From: Candidatus Kaelpia imicola
Lineage (GTDB): Bacteria; Omnitrophota; Gorgyraeia; Kaelpiales; Kaelpiaceae
Direction: 5' to 3'
Length of the DNA: 64,000 bases
Assembly (NCBI GenBank): GCA_030765505.1
Contig: JAVCCL010000026.1
Span: forward strand, 34,679-98,678
Position numbers and translations under genes: made by a program. Within the stretch, counting starts at the first letter, position 1; every line of letters begins with the position of its first letter. The notes below the pieces were generated by a model. That model had not been told where the DNA came from, did not search any database, and was given only the letters and a program-made list of their open reading frames with translations. Below, piece after piece: positions 19,446 to 29,177 of this stretch.

Positions 19446-20631
19446 AAAAATAAAGAAGGTTTCAAAGGTTTTCTTTCTCTTTCTGAAGAGTATAGTCTAT
19501 AATTTTAACCAGGATAAATGCAAATTGCATGCAGCAGCACTCTCTTTTATTACCATTCTTACATTGATACCCTTTTTAGCCTTAATATTTGCGATATCAA
19601 AGGGGCTGGGTATTCAGAATTACTTCCAAGATATTGTCATTCATAAGATTGCACTGGGAAAACAGGATATCTTCCTCAAAATTCTGCAATATATAGAGAA
19701 TACCAATCTTAAGAATCTCGGGACCGCAGGCATCATTGTCTTGCTTCTTGCTATGATAAGGCTCTTAGGTTCAATAGAAGAGGTGTTTAACGCTGTATGG
19801 AATGTAGAGTCGGCTCGCAGAATAACAAGAAAGATATCTGACTATCTAACAATCGTAGTACTCTGTCCGATATTCGTATTTATGACTTTTACATTTACAG
19901 CAAGCTTGAGCTCCAATGCTCTTGTTCAGAGCCTGCTTCAGAATGACCTATTAAACAACGCCTACTTGTATTTTATTAGATTCCTGCCTTTTGTAAGCAT
20001 CTGGGTTGCACTATCAATATTCTATATGTTTATGCCGAATATTAAAGTAAACCTGACATCGGGAGTGATCTCTGGAGTAATAGCAGGTACAATATGGCAG
20101 ATATTCCAATGGGCCTATATTCAGTTTCAAATAGGGATTATCAAATATAATGCAATCTATGGGACCTTTGCCAGTGTTCCCATATTCATTGTCTGGATAT
20201 ATTTTAGCTGGGTAGTAATACTCTACGGGGCAGAGCTGGGTTTTGTATTTCAGAACCGGAAGAACCTTGAAGGTATTTCCAGAAAGGACGATGATTCATT
20301 GCTTGAGTTCAACGAGCTCTATAATTTCCTTAAACTTATTGTCAAAAGGTTTCAAGACGGAAAGTTCCCTCTTGATTACGAACTCATTCTTTCAGAGTTT
20401 AATCTTCAAAAGAGTAAGATAGTAAGGCTGATAAATTACCTCCAGCAGCATAAGATACTGAAAAGAAAAGAGAATGAGCTCTATTTTATAAAAAACCCCT
20501 GCAATGTAAAACTGACCGAGGTATTTCTGCCTCAAGAGATTCATTCAGACAACGAAAAAGCTGCTCAGATAATGCAGGGTATCTTAAAGAGAGAAGAGCT
20601 CCAAAACCATACTCTTACGGATATTATCTAA
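19438..20631 (+). CDS. YihY/BrkB family inner-membrane protein with C-terminal soluble extension
   Basis: 397 aa. CKLHAAALSFITILTLIPFLALIFAISKG plus about six TM helices match the YihY (RNase BN-like) family. There is a ~110-aa hydrophilic tail. Confidence 0.8.
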   Translation: MIKKIKKVSKVFFLFLKSIVYNFNQDKCKLHAAALSFITILTLIPFLALIFAISKGLGIQNYFQDIVIHKIALGKQDIFLKILQYIENTNLKNLGTAGIIVLLLAMIRLLGSIEEVFNAVWNVESARRITRKISDYLTIVVLCPIFVFMTFTFTASLSSNALVQSLLQNDLLNNAYLYFIRFLPFVSIWVALSIFYMFMPNIKVNLTSGVISGVIAGTIWQIFQWAYIQFQIGIIKYNAIYGTFASVPIFIVWIYFSWVVILYGAELGFVFQNRKNLEGISRKDDDSLLEFNELYNFLKLIVKRFQDGKFPLDYELILSEFNLQKSKIVRLINYLQQHKILKRKENELYFIKNPCNVKLTEVFLPQEIHSDNEKAAQIMQGILKREELQNHTLTDII

Positions 20632-20660
20632 GAACATCTTTATTTAAAAAGGAGCGGGCT

Positions 20661-21020
20661 ATGAAGAAAAAATCTTTAATCTTAACGGTAGCGGTCTTAT
20701 TTCTAACAATAAGCAATTCGCTTTACGGTTCCGATCTTGACGATGTTTTAAAAGGAGTTTTCTCGGCTGTATCGGAGCCGGCCAAAACCTATATCTTTAG
20801 TGCGGGTGAGAAAATATTCTCTAACATGGGAGAGGAGCTCTATTACTCCGGTTATGAGTATTCAGGTAATAGAAAGACGCTGCTGCTTACATATATAGAG
20901 AGCGGCAGTGCTATATTGATGAAATTTCCAGAACCGGATTTAATCATCGTCCGGGATATGAGATTCAAGATAGTTGAGTTCAACAACCAGCAGTTTAGAA
21001 TAGAGAAAGTATACCGTTAA
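20661..21020 (+). CDS. hypothetical secreted protein
   Basis: 119 aa with an N-terminal signal peptide. Strong RBS (AAAGGAG) upstream. Confidence 0.5.
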   Translation: MKKKSLILTVAVLFLTISNSLYGSDLDDVLKGVFSAVSEPAKTYIFSAGEKIFSNMGEELYYSGYEYSGNRKTLLLTYIESGSAILMKFPEPDLIIVRDMRFKIVEFNNQQFRIEKVYR

Positions 21021-21041
21021 GAAAAAAAAGGGGTTAAGTTT

Positions 21042-21197
21042 ATGGGATTTAAAGATTTGCCCGATATAATGAGGCTTGCTCAGGAAGCTAAAAAGGTTCA
21101 GAGAGAACAGGAAGAGATGCAGAGAAAACAGACTGAGGCACTAGAGAGAATAGAGCAGGCTCTTACGGAAATACTTCTAGAGTTAAGAGAGAGATGA
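21042..21197 (+). CDS. small coiled-coil protein (51 aa), N-terminus reminiscent of YbaB/EbfC
   Basis: Not in the ORF track because it is under 60 aa. An AAGGGG RBS lies 8 nt upstream. MGFKDLPDIMRLAQEAKKVQREQEEMQ resembles the YbaB N-terminus. Its stop overlaps the next start (ATGA). Confidence 0.3.
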   Translation: MGFKDLPDIMRLAQEAKKVQREQEEMQRKQTEALERIEQALTEILLELRER

Positions 21198-21982
21198 GTT
21201 TTCTTTTTAAAAAAACATTTCTTCTGTCAGGATTCTCATTGCTTCTCATTTCAGGCTGTACGGGGGTAAATTACAATATTCTTACCGGAAAAGAGAATCT
21301 TACTTTTATCTCAGAAGAGAGAGAGGTCAAGCTGGGAAAGAAAATATCCAAGCAAGTAGAAGAGGAGTATGAGATAATTCAGGACCCCAGAGTAAAAGAT
21401 ATTGTAAAGAAGGTAGGTTATAAAATAGTTGATAGCTGCGACAGAAAGGGAGTCGTATACTACTTCGAAGCTATCAAAAGAAAGAGAGACGAAGATAGAG
21501 AGGAGCCGAATGCTTTTGCCTTACCCGGGGGATATATCTATATAAACGACAAGCTTCTTGATCTGATCGGCTGGGAGAACGAAGATGAGATTGCTGCAGT
21601 ACTTGCTCATGAGATATCCCATATCGTTTTAAGGCACAACATTCTTAAACTTCAGGAAGTAATAGGTACTCAAGCTCTACTTATAATGGTGGGTACAAGT
21701 ACACCCGATGCACGTACTGCTAAAAACAGCCAAGTTGCCATGATATTGCTGCTTCTTGCTTACAGTAAAGAAAGAGAATTTGAGGCAGATAGATTGGCTT
21801 TAAAATATCTCCAGAAAGCTGATTTCAACCCCCAAGGAATGATATCTCTATTAAAGAAAATACAAAAATTTCAATTTGACTCACCAATAAAAAGATATTA
21901 TCTAAAAACACACCCTTATTTAGACGAAAGAATCGAACAAGTTCAAAAAGAACTTAAGATATATAACAATATTCTGTATTAA
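21194..21982 (+). CDS. M48 family zinc metallopeptidase lipoprotein
   Basis: 262 aa. Lipobox-like LLISGCTG. HEISH zinc-binding motif within AHEISHIVLRH, with a downstream E. Confidence 0.8.
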   Translation: MSFLFKKTFLLSGFSLLLISGCTGVNYNILTGKENLTFISEEREVKLGKKISKQVEEEYEIIQDPRVKDIVKKVGYKIVDSCDRKGVVYYFEAIKRKRDEDREEPNAFALPGGYIYINDKLLDLIGWENEDEIAAVLAHEISHIVLRHNILKLQEVIGTQALLIMVGTSTPDARTAKNSQVAMILLLLAYSKEREFEADRLALKYLQKADFNPQGMISLLKKIQKFQFDSPIKRYYLKTHPYLDERIEQVQKELKIYNNILY

Positions 21983-22105
21983 ATATTAATATCCACTCTT
22001 AAAAAATAGCATCCATCGTAGTTTTTTTAAAATCGCTTTTTTTGACAACCCATTATGTATGTGTTATCTTTATAACATAAGTTTATTGCTTATAATGGAG
22101 CGGGG

Positions 22106-23074
22106 ATGAAAAAAATACTGTCATTACATTTAACAGTCTTACTTTTATTTTCTGTTGTCTTATCCAGTATCGATACAGAGCAATCCCTTCCTTTAAGAAG
22201 AATTAAAAGCACCTCTTTTATTGAAGATATTATAGGCAGCCGCAATATCAAATTAGTAGGCTTAGATTTAGATTTTACGCTCTCGGAACCATGTGAACCA
22301 ATAACTATAGAAGTAATAGAGCAGCTCATAGCGCTTAACAAAGAAGAGGTTCATATCTGTATTATTACAGGAGCGCTTTTTAAAGTAGTTGAAAATAGAG
22401 TACTAAACCCGCTGCGCAATTTTATAGAAACAGAACAGGTAGATTTTGACTGGGAGAAATTCTACCTTTTTACCGAAACCGGCTCATCAGGTTATATCTT
22501 TAATTCATTAAGTGAAGAGAGAAGAATATTTCATAGAGAATTTGACCAAATGCAAAACGACGCTATAGATCAAGCCTGGGAAGATTTTAACTCCCGATAC
22601 GGAAAGGACAGTACAACTGATACCTACAGAACATCCGGAAAATCCACTGTTTACTTTAAAAGTACCGGGATAGAACCGATAACAGAATATGTAAATTTCC
22701 TAAGAGAAAAACTCCAAGGTCTTGATATCGAAATCACAGCAGGCGGAAACTTGGAGTCAATTGATCTTACCTGCTGCAATAAAGGTGAAGCTGTTTCTGT
22801 TATTCAATCTCTATTGGGATTAAGAAGCAACGAATTAATGCTGGTTGGGGACTCTTTTAAATATGAGTTTTCCAATGACAGACATATGGCAGCAAATGGA
22901 GCATTGGTATTCAATGTTGGGGAAAAAGCAGAAAACTTAGAAGGGGCTTATAACACAGGTGAGCTCTTTCCATATCTTGCAATGGGTCCTCAAAGAACAC
23001 TAGCACTACTGAGGGTTTTAGAAGACAGATTTACTAGTTTTAACAATATATTCCGCGATATACGGGAAGGTTAG
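22106..23074 (+). CDS. HAD-superfamily hydrolase-like protein with signal peptide
   Basis: 322 aa. DxDxT motif (GLDLDFTL) and a C-terminal GDSxxD-like LVGDSFKYEFSNDRH. N-terminal hydrophobic leader. Confidence 0.5.
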   Translation: MKKILSLHLTVLLLFSVVLSSIDTEQSLPLRRIKSTSFIEDIIGSRNIKLVGLDLDFTLSEPCEPITIEVIEQLIALNKEEVHICIITGALFKVVENRVLNPLRNFIETEQVDFDWEKFYLFTETGSSGYIFNSLSEERRIFHREFDQMQNDAIDQAWEDFNSRYGKDSTTDTYRTSGKSTVYFKSTGIEPITEYVNFLREKLQGLDIEITAGGNLESIDLTCCNKGEAVSVIQSLLGLRSNELMLVGDSFKYEFSNDRHMAANGALVFNVGEKAENLEGAYNTGELFPYLAMGPQRTLALLRVLEDRFTSFNNIFRDIREG

Positions 23075-23131
23075 CGCTCAACTTACTATAGAGAAATTCA
23101 ATACAACGACTGCAGAATAAAAATACATGGT

Positions 23132-23581
23132 ATGAACATGCCAAAACTTAATTCAAAGGGAAGCTTGCAATACGAAACAGGATTTCTGGCTATCAGCGTT
23201 TTTGATAATGAAGAAAAGATATTGGCCTATCACGTTATCTACCCAACTTCAAGAGGTTACCAAGTAGTAAAAAGCATAAGAAAAGATGCTGTTTTAAACT
23301 CTAGCTACACTGAATTAATTGCTAAGGCCAATGATGCATTTAGGATTGAGCCCTGCCTGACTGAACCAACAGATATGACAATACAACCTAGCAGCGCTAA
23401 TATCCTGCGCTCTTATCTTGCATTCTATTTTTATGAACGTTTCAACACACCAGGCGCAAGCAGGTTAGAGAAATTCATCAACGCAGTAGATAAACTGAAA
23501 GAGATGGTAGAGGAATCTTTTCTGAAAGAAGAAAATATTCCAGACCCTAGAACAATCGCAGACAGGCTTAATATACCCTAA
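23132..23581 (+). CDS. hypothetical protein
   Basis: 149-aa ORF with no recognisable motif. Confidence 0.45.
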   Translation: MNMPKLNSKGSLQYETGFLAISVFDNEEKILAYHVIYPTSRGYQVVKSIRKDAVLNSSYTELIAKANDAFRIEPCLTEPTDMTIQPSSANILRSYLAFYFYERFNTPGASRLEKFINAVDKLKEMVEESFLKEENIPDPRTIADRLNIP

Positions 23582-24028
23582 TGCAAGCCTAGACAAAGGC
23601 ACAGATTTCACTAATTATGGTAGATATTATTACCATATAGTAAAAAATTACCCCGGTGGAGTCCCGGCTTTAAGCAGAGTTTTAGATGAACTAATACAGG
23701 AAGACCGCTATTATGAAACAGCAAGAGTAAAAATTGCAGATTTTATACTTGGCTACATTGAGTCTAATTCTGAAAAATTTCTCAATGTAAAATTTCCATC
23801 TAATCGAGAAAGATTACGCTCGATATTAATGGATTTTGGCGAGGCCTTAGGTATAAATTACAAATTGTATATACGTGATTAAGCATTTTTTAGCTCTTCG
23901 GAAATTATTAATACCTAAAAAAATATCTAATATTTCAATTTAAACTTGACTGCTACAACCCCTAAGATGTAAATTAATACCATATAATTAGATAAGTTGC
24001 AAAAATAATTATTGCGGAGAAAACTTCT

Positions 24029-24184
24029 ATGACTACCAGGAAATACCACCTTATATTTGCCCAAATTAGCCTTATTTTAGCCTTAATTAACACATTTTTA
24101 GTATATATATTAAATTGCCCTTCCTTTGTGATGAGCGGCAATTATAATTACCGGCCAACGACAATTAAAATTCCCGAAAAATAG
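24029..24184 (+). pseudogene. 5' fragment/duplicate of the membrane-protein gene at 49905..50420
   Basis: The 51-aa ORF product MTTRKYHLIFAQISLILALINTFLVYILNCPSF aligns with residues 6-36 of the 49905 product (KRYHLIFAEIALILALVNTLLVSILNGPSY). Nucleotide similarity is visible (caccttatatttgc / ccttattttagc). It is truncated by a stop after 51 codons. Confidence 0.45.
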
Positions 24185-24228
24185 GCTGGAGATGGTAATC
24201 TATTTAGACTAAAGATAAGGAGGTCTAA

Positions 24229-24696
24229 ATGGTTATCGATCAACAGGTAAGGAGGTTGTTGTTACTCATGAAAAGTGAAAAAACTAAAGCAATAGCAGCG
24301 GCTGATTTTTTATATCGGCTGCAATATACAATTAATCAGCCGATAGAGAATATGCAGACAGATAATGGAAGTGAGTTTACCTGGCATTTTGACCGAACAG
24401 CAGATAGATTGAAAATAGATAGATATTTTTCCAGAGTTAAAACACCGAAAGATAACCCTGAAGCTGAGAGATTTAATCAAACTCTAAAATATGAGTGGTT
24501 ATATGATAACAATTTAGATTTAGATTGTGATAGATTTAATAGAGAGTTAACTGAATGGCTGATAGAATACAATTTCAACAGACCTCATGAAACTCTTGAT
24601 TACTTGACTCCTATGGAGCATATAGAAAACGAGTTGACTAAAATTAGAAGCCCTGTCAAAGTGTTACCTATGTGGTCAGCCAGAACATATTCTTGA
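24229..24696 (+). mobile_element. DDE transposase/integrase (rve-type) C-terminal fragment; IS remnant
   Basis: The 155-aa product contains TDNGSEF...PKDNPEAERFNQTLKYEW...YNFNRPHETLDYLTPME. This matches the C-terminal half of an IS3/IS481-type integrase catalytic core. The N-terminal HTH and the first catalytic D are absent, so it is truncated and non-functional. Confidence 0.7.
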
Positions 24697-24727
24697 TTTT
24701 TTCACCCTGTTGTGATATACAAGTGCT

Positions 24728-25012
24728 ATGCAAATCTCCAAAGATACTGTAACTCATACAGCTCATCTGGCCAGGTTATATTTAAACGATCGTGAGATAG
24801 AGCAGTACTTAAAACAGATAGAGGATATACTGAATTATATTGATAAATTAAAAGAGCTGGACGTTAAAAATATAGAACCTACCTTCCATGTCTTAGAGCT
24901 TAAAAACGTATTACGTAAAGATATTGAGAGACCGTCGCTTCCGGTAGAAGAGGTGCTTCAAAACGCTCCGGATAGAGAGGGTAACTCTTTCTCGGTGCCC
25001 AAAGTATATTAA
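24728..25012 (+). CDS. gatC: Asp-tRNA(Asn)/Glu-tRNA(Gln) amidotransferase subunit C
   Basis: 94 aa with a GatC-like pattern (VTHTAHLARLYLNDREIEQY...). Sits immediately upstream of gatA and gatB. Confidence 0.85.
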   Translation: MQISKDTVTHTAHLARLYLNDREIEQYLKQIEDILNYIDKLKELDVKNIEPTFHVLELKNVLRKDIERPSLPVEEVLQNAPDREGNSFSVPKVY

Positions 25013-26464
25013 ATGAACCTCACAGAACTCAGCGCATATAAGCTCAAAGACCTTATAGATAAAAAAGAGGTTAGGATAAAAGAGGTTGTTGAATCTTATT
25101 TAGAGAGAATAGAAGAGAGTGATAAGGATATAAACGCTTACATATCAATAGATAAAGAACGGGCTATTGAAGAAGCAGAGAGACTGGATAGGGATAACAG
25201 CGATCTGCCGCTTAAAGGGCTGCCTATTGCAATAAAAGATAATCTCTGTGTTAAAGATGAGCCTACGACTTGCGGTTCTAAAATATTAGAGGGTTTTAAG
25301 CCTCCTTACAGCGCGACAGTAATTGAAAATCTAAAAAATAATGGTGCGATACTCTTAGGAAAGACAAATATGGATGAGTTTGCCTTTGGTTCTTCCTGTG
25401 AGACTTCCTGCTATGGCGTTACGAAGAATCCTCATGATACCTCAAGAGTACCGGGCGGCTCTTCCGGAGGTTCCGCTGCAGCGGTTGGAGCTAAAGAGGC
25501 TCTTTGGGCGCTGGGAAGTGATACCGGCGGCTCAATACGCCAGCCTGCATCTCTATGCGGAGTGGTGGGACTAAAGCCTACCTACGGCAGGGTATCCCGT
25601 TACGGTTTGATAGCATTTGCATCCAGCCTGGATCAAGTCGGTCCTCTGGCAAAAGATGTTAAAGATACTGCCCTGCTTCTTGAGGCAATATCAGGTTATG
25701 ACCCGAGAGATTCGACCTCTTCCAATAAAGAGAGTCCAGAGTACAGTAAAAATTTAGAACCTGCTCTTAAAGGTATAAAGGTAGCGATAGCGGATGAATA
25801 TTTCCCTAAAGGAGTAGATGGTGAGATTAAAGATAGAATAGATAGAGTGCTGGAGCTATTAAAAAAAGAGGGGGCTACTGTAGATAGGATAAGCCTGCCT
25901 CATACCGAATATGCAGTAAGCACTTATTATATAATAGCTCCTTCTGAAGCAAGCTCAAACCTGGCCCGTTACGATGGGGTAGAGTACGGTTTGAGAGTCA
26001 AGAACGCAGACTGGATAGAGGGGGTAGCAAACCCAATGGTTAAGATGTATCTGGCAACAAAGTCAGAAGGCTTTGGAGAAGAGGTTAAGAGAAGGGTAAT
26101 ATTGGGAACATACTCATTATCAAGCGGATATTATGATGCCTACTACTTAAGAGCGGCCAAAGTAAGAACTCTTATAAAGAGAGATTTTCAGGAGGCTTTT
26201 AAGAGATATGACTGCATTATATCTCCAACCTCTCCTACAGCCGCTTTTAAGCTGGGAGAGAAGAGAGAAGATCCTCTTAAGATGTATCTATCTGATATCT
26301 TTACGATTCCAGCCAATCTGGCCGGAATACCAGCAATATCAATACCTGTAGGTAAAAACAGTGAGAATCTTCCCTTAGGTCTCCAGATAATGGCTGACTA
26401 TTTTCAGGAACAGAGATTATTGAATATAGCTTACGGGATAGAGAGAGCTTATAGCGGACTATGA
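25013..26464 (+). CDS. gatA: Glu-tRNA(Gln) amidotransferase subunit A
   Basis: 483 aa. Amidase signature GGSSGGSAAAV and the Ser-cisSer-Lys family pattern. Confidence 0.95.
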   Translation: MNLTELSAYKLKDLIDKKEVRIKEVVESYLERIEESDKDINAYISIDKERAIEEAERLDRDNSDLPLKGLPIAIKDNLCVKDEPTTCGSKILEGFKPPYSATVIENLKNNGAILLGKTNMDEFAFGSSCETSCYGVTKNPHDTSRVPGGSSGGSAAAVGAKEALWALGSDTGGSIRQPASLCGVVGLKPTYGRVSRYGLIAFASSLDQVGPLAKDVKDTALLLEAISGYDPRDSTSSNKESPEYSKNLEPALKGIKVAIADEYFPKGVDGEIKDRIDRVLELLKKEGATVDRISLPHTEYAVSTYYIIAPSEASSNLARYDGVEYGLRVKNADWIEGVANPMVKMYLATKSEGFGEEVKRRVILGTYSLSSGYYDAYYLRAAKVRTLIKRDFQEAFKRYDCIISPTSPTAAFKLGEKREDPLKMYLSDIFTIPANLAGIPAISIPVGKNSENLPLGLQIMADYFQEQRLLNIAYGIERAYSGL

Positions 26465-27885
26465 AATATAAGACTACGATAGGGCTTGAGATACATATCC
26501 ATCTTGGGAGTAAAACAAAGATATTCTGCTCTTGCTCTACAGCATATACAAAAGAGCCTAATACGCATACCTGCCCTGTCTGCCTTGGCCTTCCTGGGGC
26601 ACTCCCGGTCTTAAATGAGAGAGCCTTTCATTATGCTATAAAAGCTGCTCTGGCCTTAAACTGTAAAGTTTCTGAACATGTCAGTTTTGACAGAAAGAAC
26701 TACTACTATCCGGATCTACCCAAGAACTACCAAATATCTCAATATAGTTTTCCGGTGGGCAGAGCTGGAGTTTTGAATATTAACGGTAGAGATATCCGTA
26801 TCAACCGTGTCCATATGGAGGAGGATGCCGGGAAATTGATACACTCAGAAGATAATAAGAGAAGTTTCATCGATTACAACAGAACCGGAGTTCCGCTGAT
26901 AGAGATTGTAACCGAACCCGATATAGATTCACCTCAAGAAGCATATGACTTTCTTCAGGAGCTTAGAACTACGATACTCTATCTTGGTATATCTGATTGT
27001 AACATGGAAGAGGGGAGTTTAAGGTGTGATTCAAATATATCTCTATCTAAAGAGGATGCAAAAGAATTGGGAAGGAAGATAGAGTTAAAGAATATGAATA
27101 CATTCCGGGGTGTTAAAGAGGCCTTGGAATATGAGATAGAGAGGCAGAGAGCGGTGCTTGAAGACGGTAAAGAGGTTGTTCATGAGACCCGCCTCTGGGA
27201 TGAGAGCAGGCAGATGACGGCTGCGATGAGAAGCAAAGAGGATATCCATGATTACAGATACTTTCCTGAGCCTGACCTGGTTAAATATGAAATACCGGAA
27301 GAGCTGAAGAACAGCATTAAAGAAGAGCTGCCGGAGTTACCGCCGAAGAGAAGAGAGAGGTTTAAGAGCGAATACAGCTTGAATGATTACGACACTGAAT
27401 TACTGGTAAAAGATAAGAGTATTGGAGATTATTTCGAAGAGGTTTTAAAGAACTATGATAATCCCAAGCCGGCCTGCAATTTTATAACATCCGATATAAC
27501 AGGGGCGGTCAATGAGCGCGGAATAGATTTTAAAGACATAAAGCTTTCTGCTTTAAGTTGTGCTAAGCTGCTCAATATGATAAAGGATAAAAAGATATCA
27601 ATAAAGATAGCAAAAAGCATTCTGCCTGAACTTATAGAGAGAGAGCTTGACCCTCTGGTTATTATTGAAAAAAAGAATCTGATGCAGATAAATAGAGAAT
27701 CCGATATTCAAAATGTAATAGTCCAAGTCATAAGAGAAAACCCCGGGGCTGTTAGAGACTTTAAAAGCGGCAGGAGAGAGGCGATTAAATTTCTTATAGG
27801 ACAGATTATGAGGGTAACAGAAGGAAGAGCAAACCCTGGAATAGTTAATAAGCTGTTAAATCAGGAACTGGGAGGCCTAATATGA
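26461..27885 (+). CDS. gatB: Asp-tRNA(Asn)/Glu-tRNA(Gln) amidotransferase subunit B
   Basis: 474 aa. MKYKTTIGLEIHIHL...CPVCLGLPGALP is the canonical GatB N-terminus. Confidence 0.95.
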   Translation: MKYKTTIGLEIHIHLGSKTKIFCSCSTAYTKEPNTHTCPVCLGLPGALPVLNERAFHYAIKAALALNCKVSEHVSFDRKNYYYPDLPKNYQISQYSFPVGRAGVLNINGRDIRINRVHMEEDAGKLIHSEDNKRSFIDYNRTGVPLIEIVTEPDIDSPQEAYDFLQELRTTILYLGISDCNMEEGSLRCDSNISLSKEDAKELGRKIELKNMNTFRGVKEALEYEIERQRAVLEDGKEVVHETRLWDESRQMTAAMRSKEDIHDYRYFPEPDLVKYEIPEELKNSIKEELPELPPKRRERFKSEYSLNDYDTELLVKDKSIGDYFEEVLKNYDNPKPACNFITSDITGAVNERGIDFKDIKLSALSCAKLLNMIKDKKISIKIAKSILPELIERELDPLVIIEKKNLMQINRESDIQNVIVQVIRENPGAVRDFKSGRREAIKFLIGQIMRVTEGRANPGIVNKLLNQELGGLI

Positions 27886-29177
27886 AAAGAGTTCTATTGT
27901 TAATCGTTACCATGACAGTTATCTCGATAATCTCGTATAATATCTCAAGTTATTCGCTGGATATTGAGCTCAATGAACCAACCAGTAGTAACGATCAAGA
28001 CTTATATTCAAATCTTGAGGTATTCTCTGACGTTATAGCTCTCATTCAGCAAGAGTATGTAGAGGAAGAGCAGCCAAAAGATATGATCTACGGAGCACTT
28101 CAAGGGATGCTGGGAGCACTGGACCCTTATAGTCAGTTTTTAGAGCCTGACATCTATCAAGAGTTACGAGTAGAGACCGAAGGTGAGTTTGGAGGTATAG
28201 GGATAGTAATTGCCATAAAGACCGGAGTGCTTACGATAATATCGCCTCTTGAAGGTACGCCGGGATATGAAGCAGGGTTACAGGCCGGAGATAGGATAGT
28301 AAAAATAGCTGATGAGAGCACGAAGGGAATTACTCTTATGGAGGCTGTCAAAAAATTGCGGGGTAAACCCAAGACAGAGGTTGCTCTTACAGTACTAAGA
28401 GAGAGCGAACAGAGACTAATAGGGTTTAAAATCGTAAGGGATATTATAAAGATAGAGAGTGTTAAAGAGAATAAGATTATAAGTGACAATATAGGCTACA
28501 TTAAGATTCTTGAGTTTCAAGAGAACACATTGCCTGATTTCAAAAAAGCACTAAAGAGCCTTAAAGATAAAAAGATCGAAGGTCTGATAGTCGATTTAAG
28601 GAATAATCCCGGCGGACTTCTTGATGTAGCAGTAGCTATAACAAGTGAGTTTTTGCCTAAAGGGAAGCTGGTAGTTTATACCCAGGGTAGAAATGCTAAG
28701 CAGGATATGAAGTTTCACTCTATAGGGGGAAGTTTTTTAAAAGAGCCTCTGATTATTCTCATAAATAGAGGCAGCGCAAGCGGCTCTGAGATTTTTGCCG
28801 GGGCAATAAAGGATAATAACAGAGGGCTGATTGTAGGTCAGACTTCGTTCGGGAAAGCCTCCGTACAGACAATCATACCTTTAAAAGATAATTCAGCAGT
28901 GAGATTGACAACAGCTCATTATTATACTCCAAGTGGAAACTTGATACATGAAAAGGGAATAGAGCCCGACGTTAAAATAGATAGGAAGAGATTCGGGTCT
29001 TTATCTAAAGAGACTAAACCTGAGTTAGATACCGAAACTATGTTTGAGGATATCGAAGAAGGAAAAGAAGAGATATCGATTGAAGAGAAAAAAGATAAGC
29101 TGGATTTTGAGCTTGAACGAGCAATAGATATCATGAAGGGGTTGGTCAAGTATAATAAGATGCTCTCTGAATCTTAA
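27882..29177 (+). CDS. ctpA: carboxyl-terminal processing protease (S41 family) with PDZ domain
   Basis: 431 aa. Signal/TM leader, PDZ region (GGIGIVIAIK...GDRIVKI) and S41 core (LIVDLRNNPGG...NRGSASGSEIFAGA). Confidence 0.85.
   Translation: MKRVLLLIVTMTVISIISYNISSYSLDIELNEPTSSNDQDLYSNLEVFSDVIALIQQEYVEEEQPKDMIYGALQGMLGALDPYSQFLEPDIYQELRVETEGEFGGIGIVIAIKTGVLTIISPLEGTPGYEAGLQAGDRIVKIADESTKGITLMEAVKKLRGKPKTEVALTVLRESEQRLIGFKIVRDIIKIESVKENKIISDNIGYIKILEFQENTLPDFKKALKSLKDKKIEGLIVDLRNNPGGLLDVAVAITSEFLPKGKLVVYTQGRNAKQDMKFHSIGGSFLKEPLIILINRGSASGSEIFAGAIKDNNRGLIVGQTSFGKASVQTIIPLKDNSAVRLTTAHYYTPSGNLIHEKGIEPDVKIDRKRFGSLSKETKPELDTETMFEDIEEGKEEISIEEKKDKLDFELERAIDIMKGLVKYNKMLSES

Noticed and set aside
25374-25574. 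66-aa + strand ORF in an alternate frame inside gatA
   Set aside because: It overlaps the conserved amidase-signature region of gatA in another frame. It is spurious.
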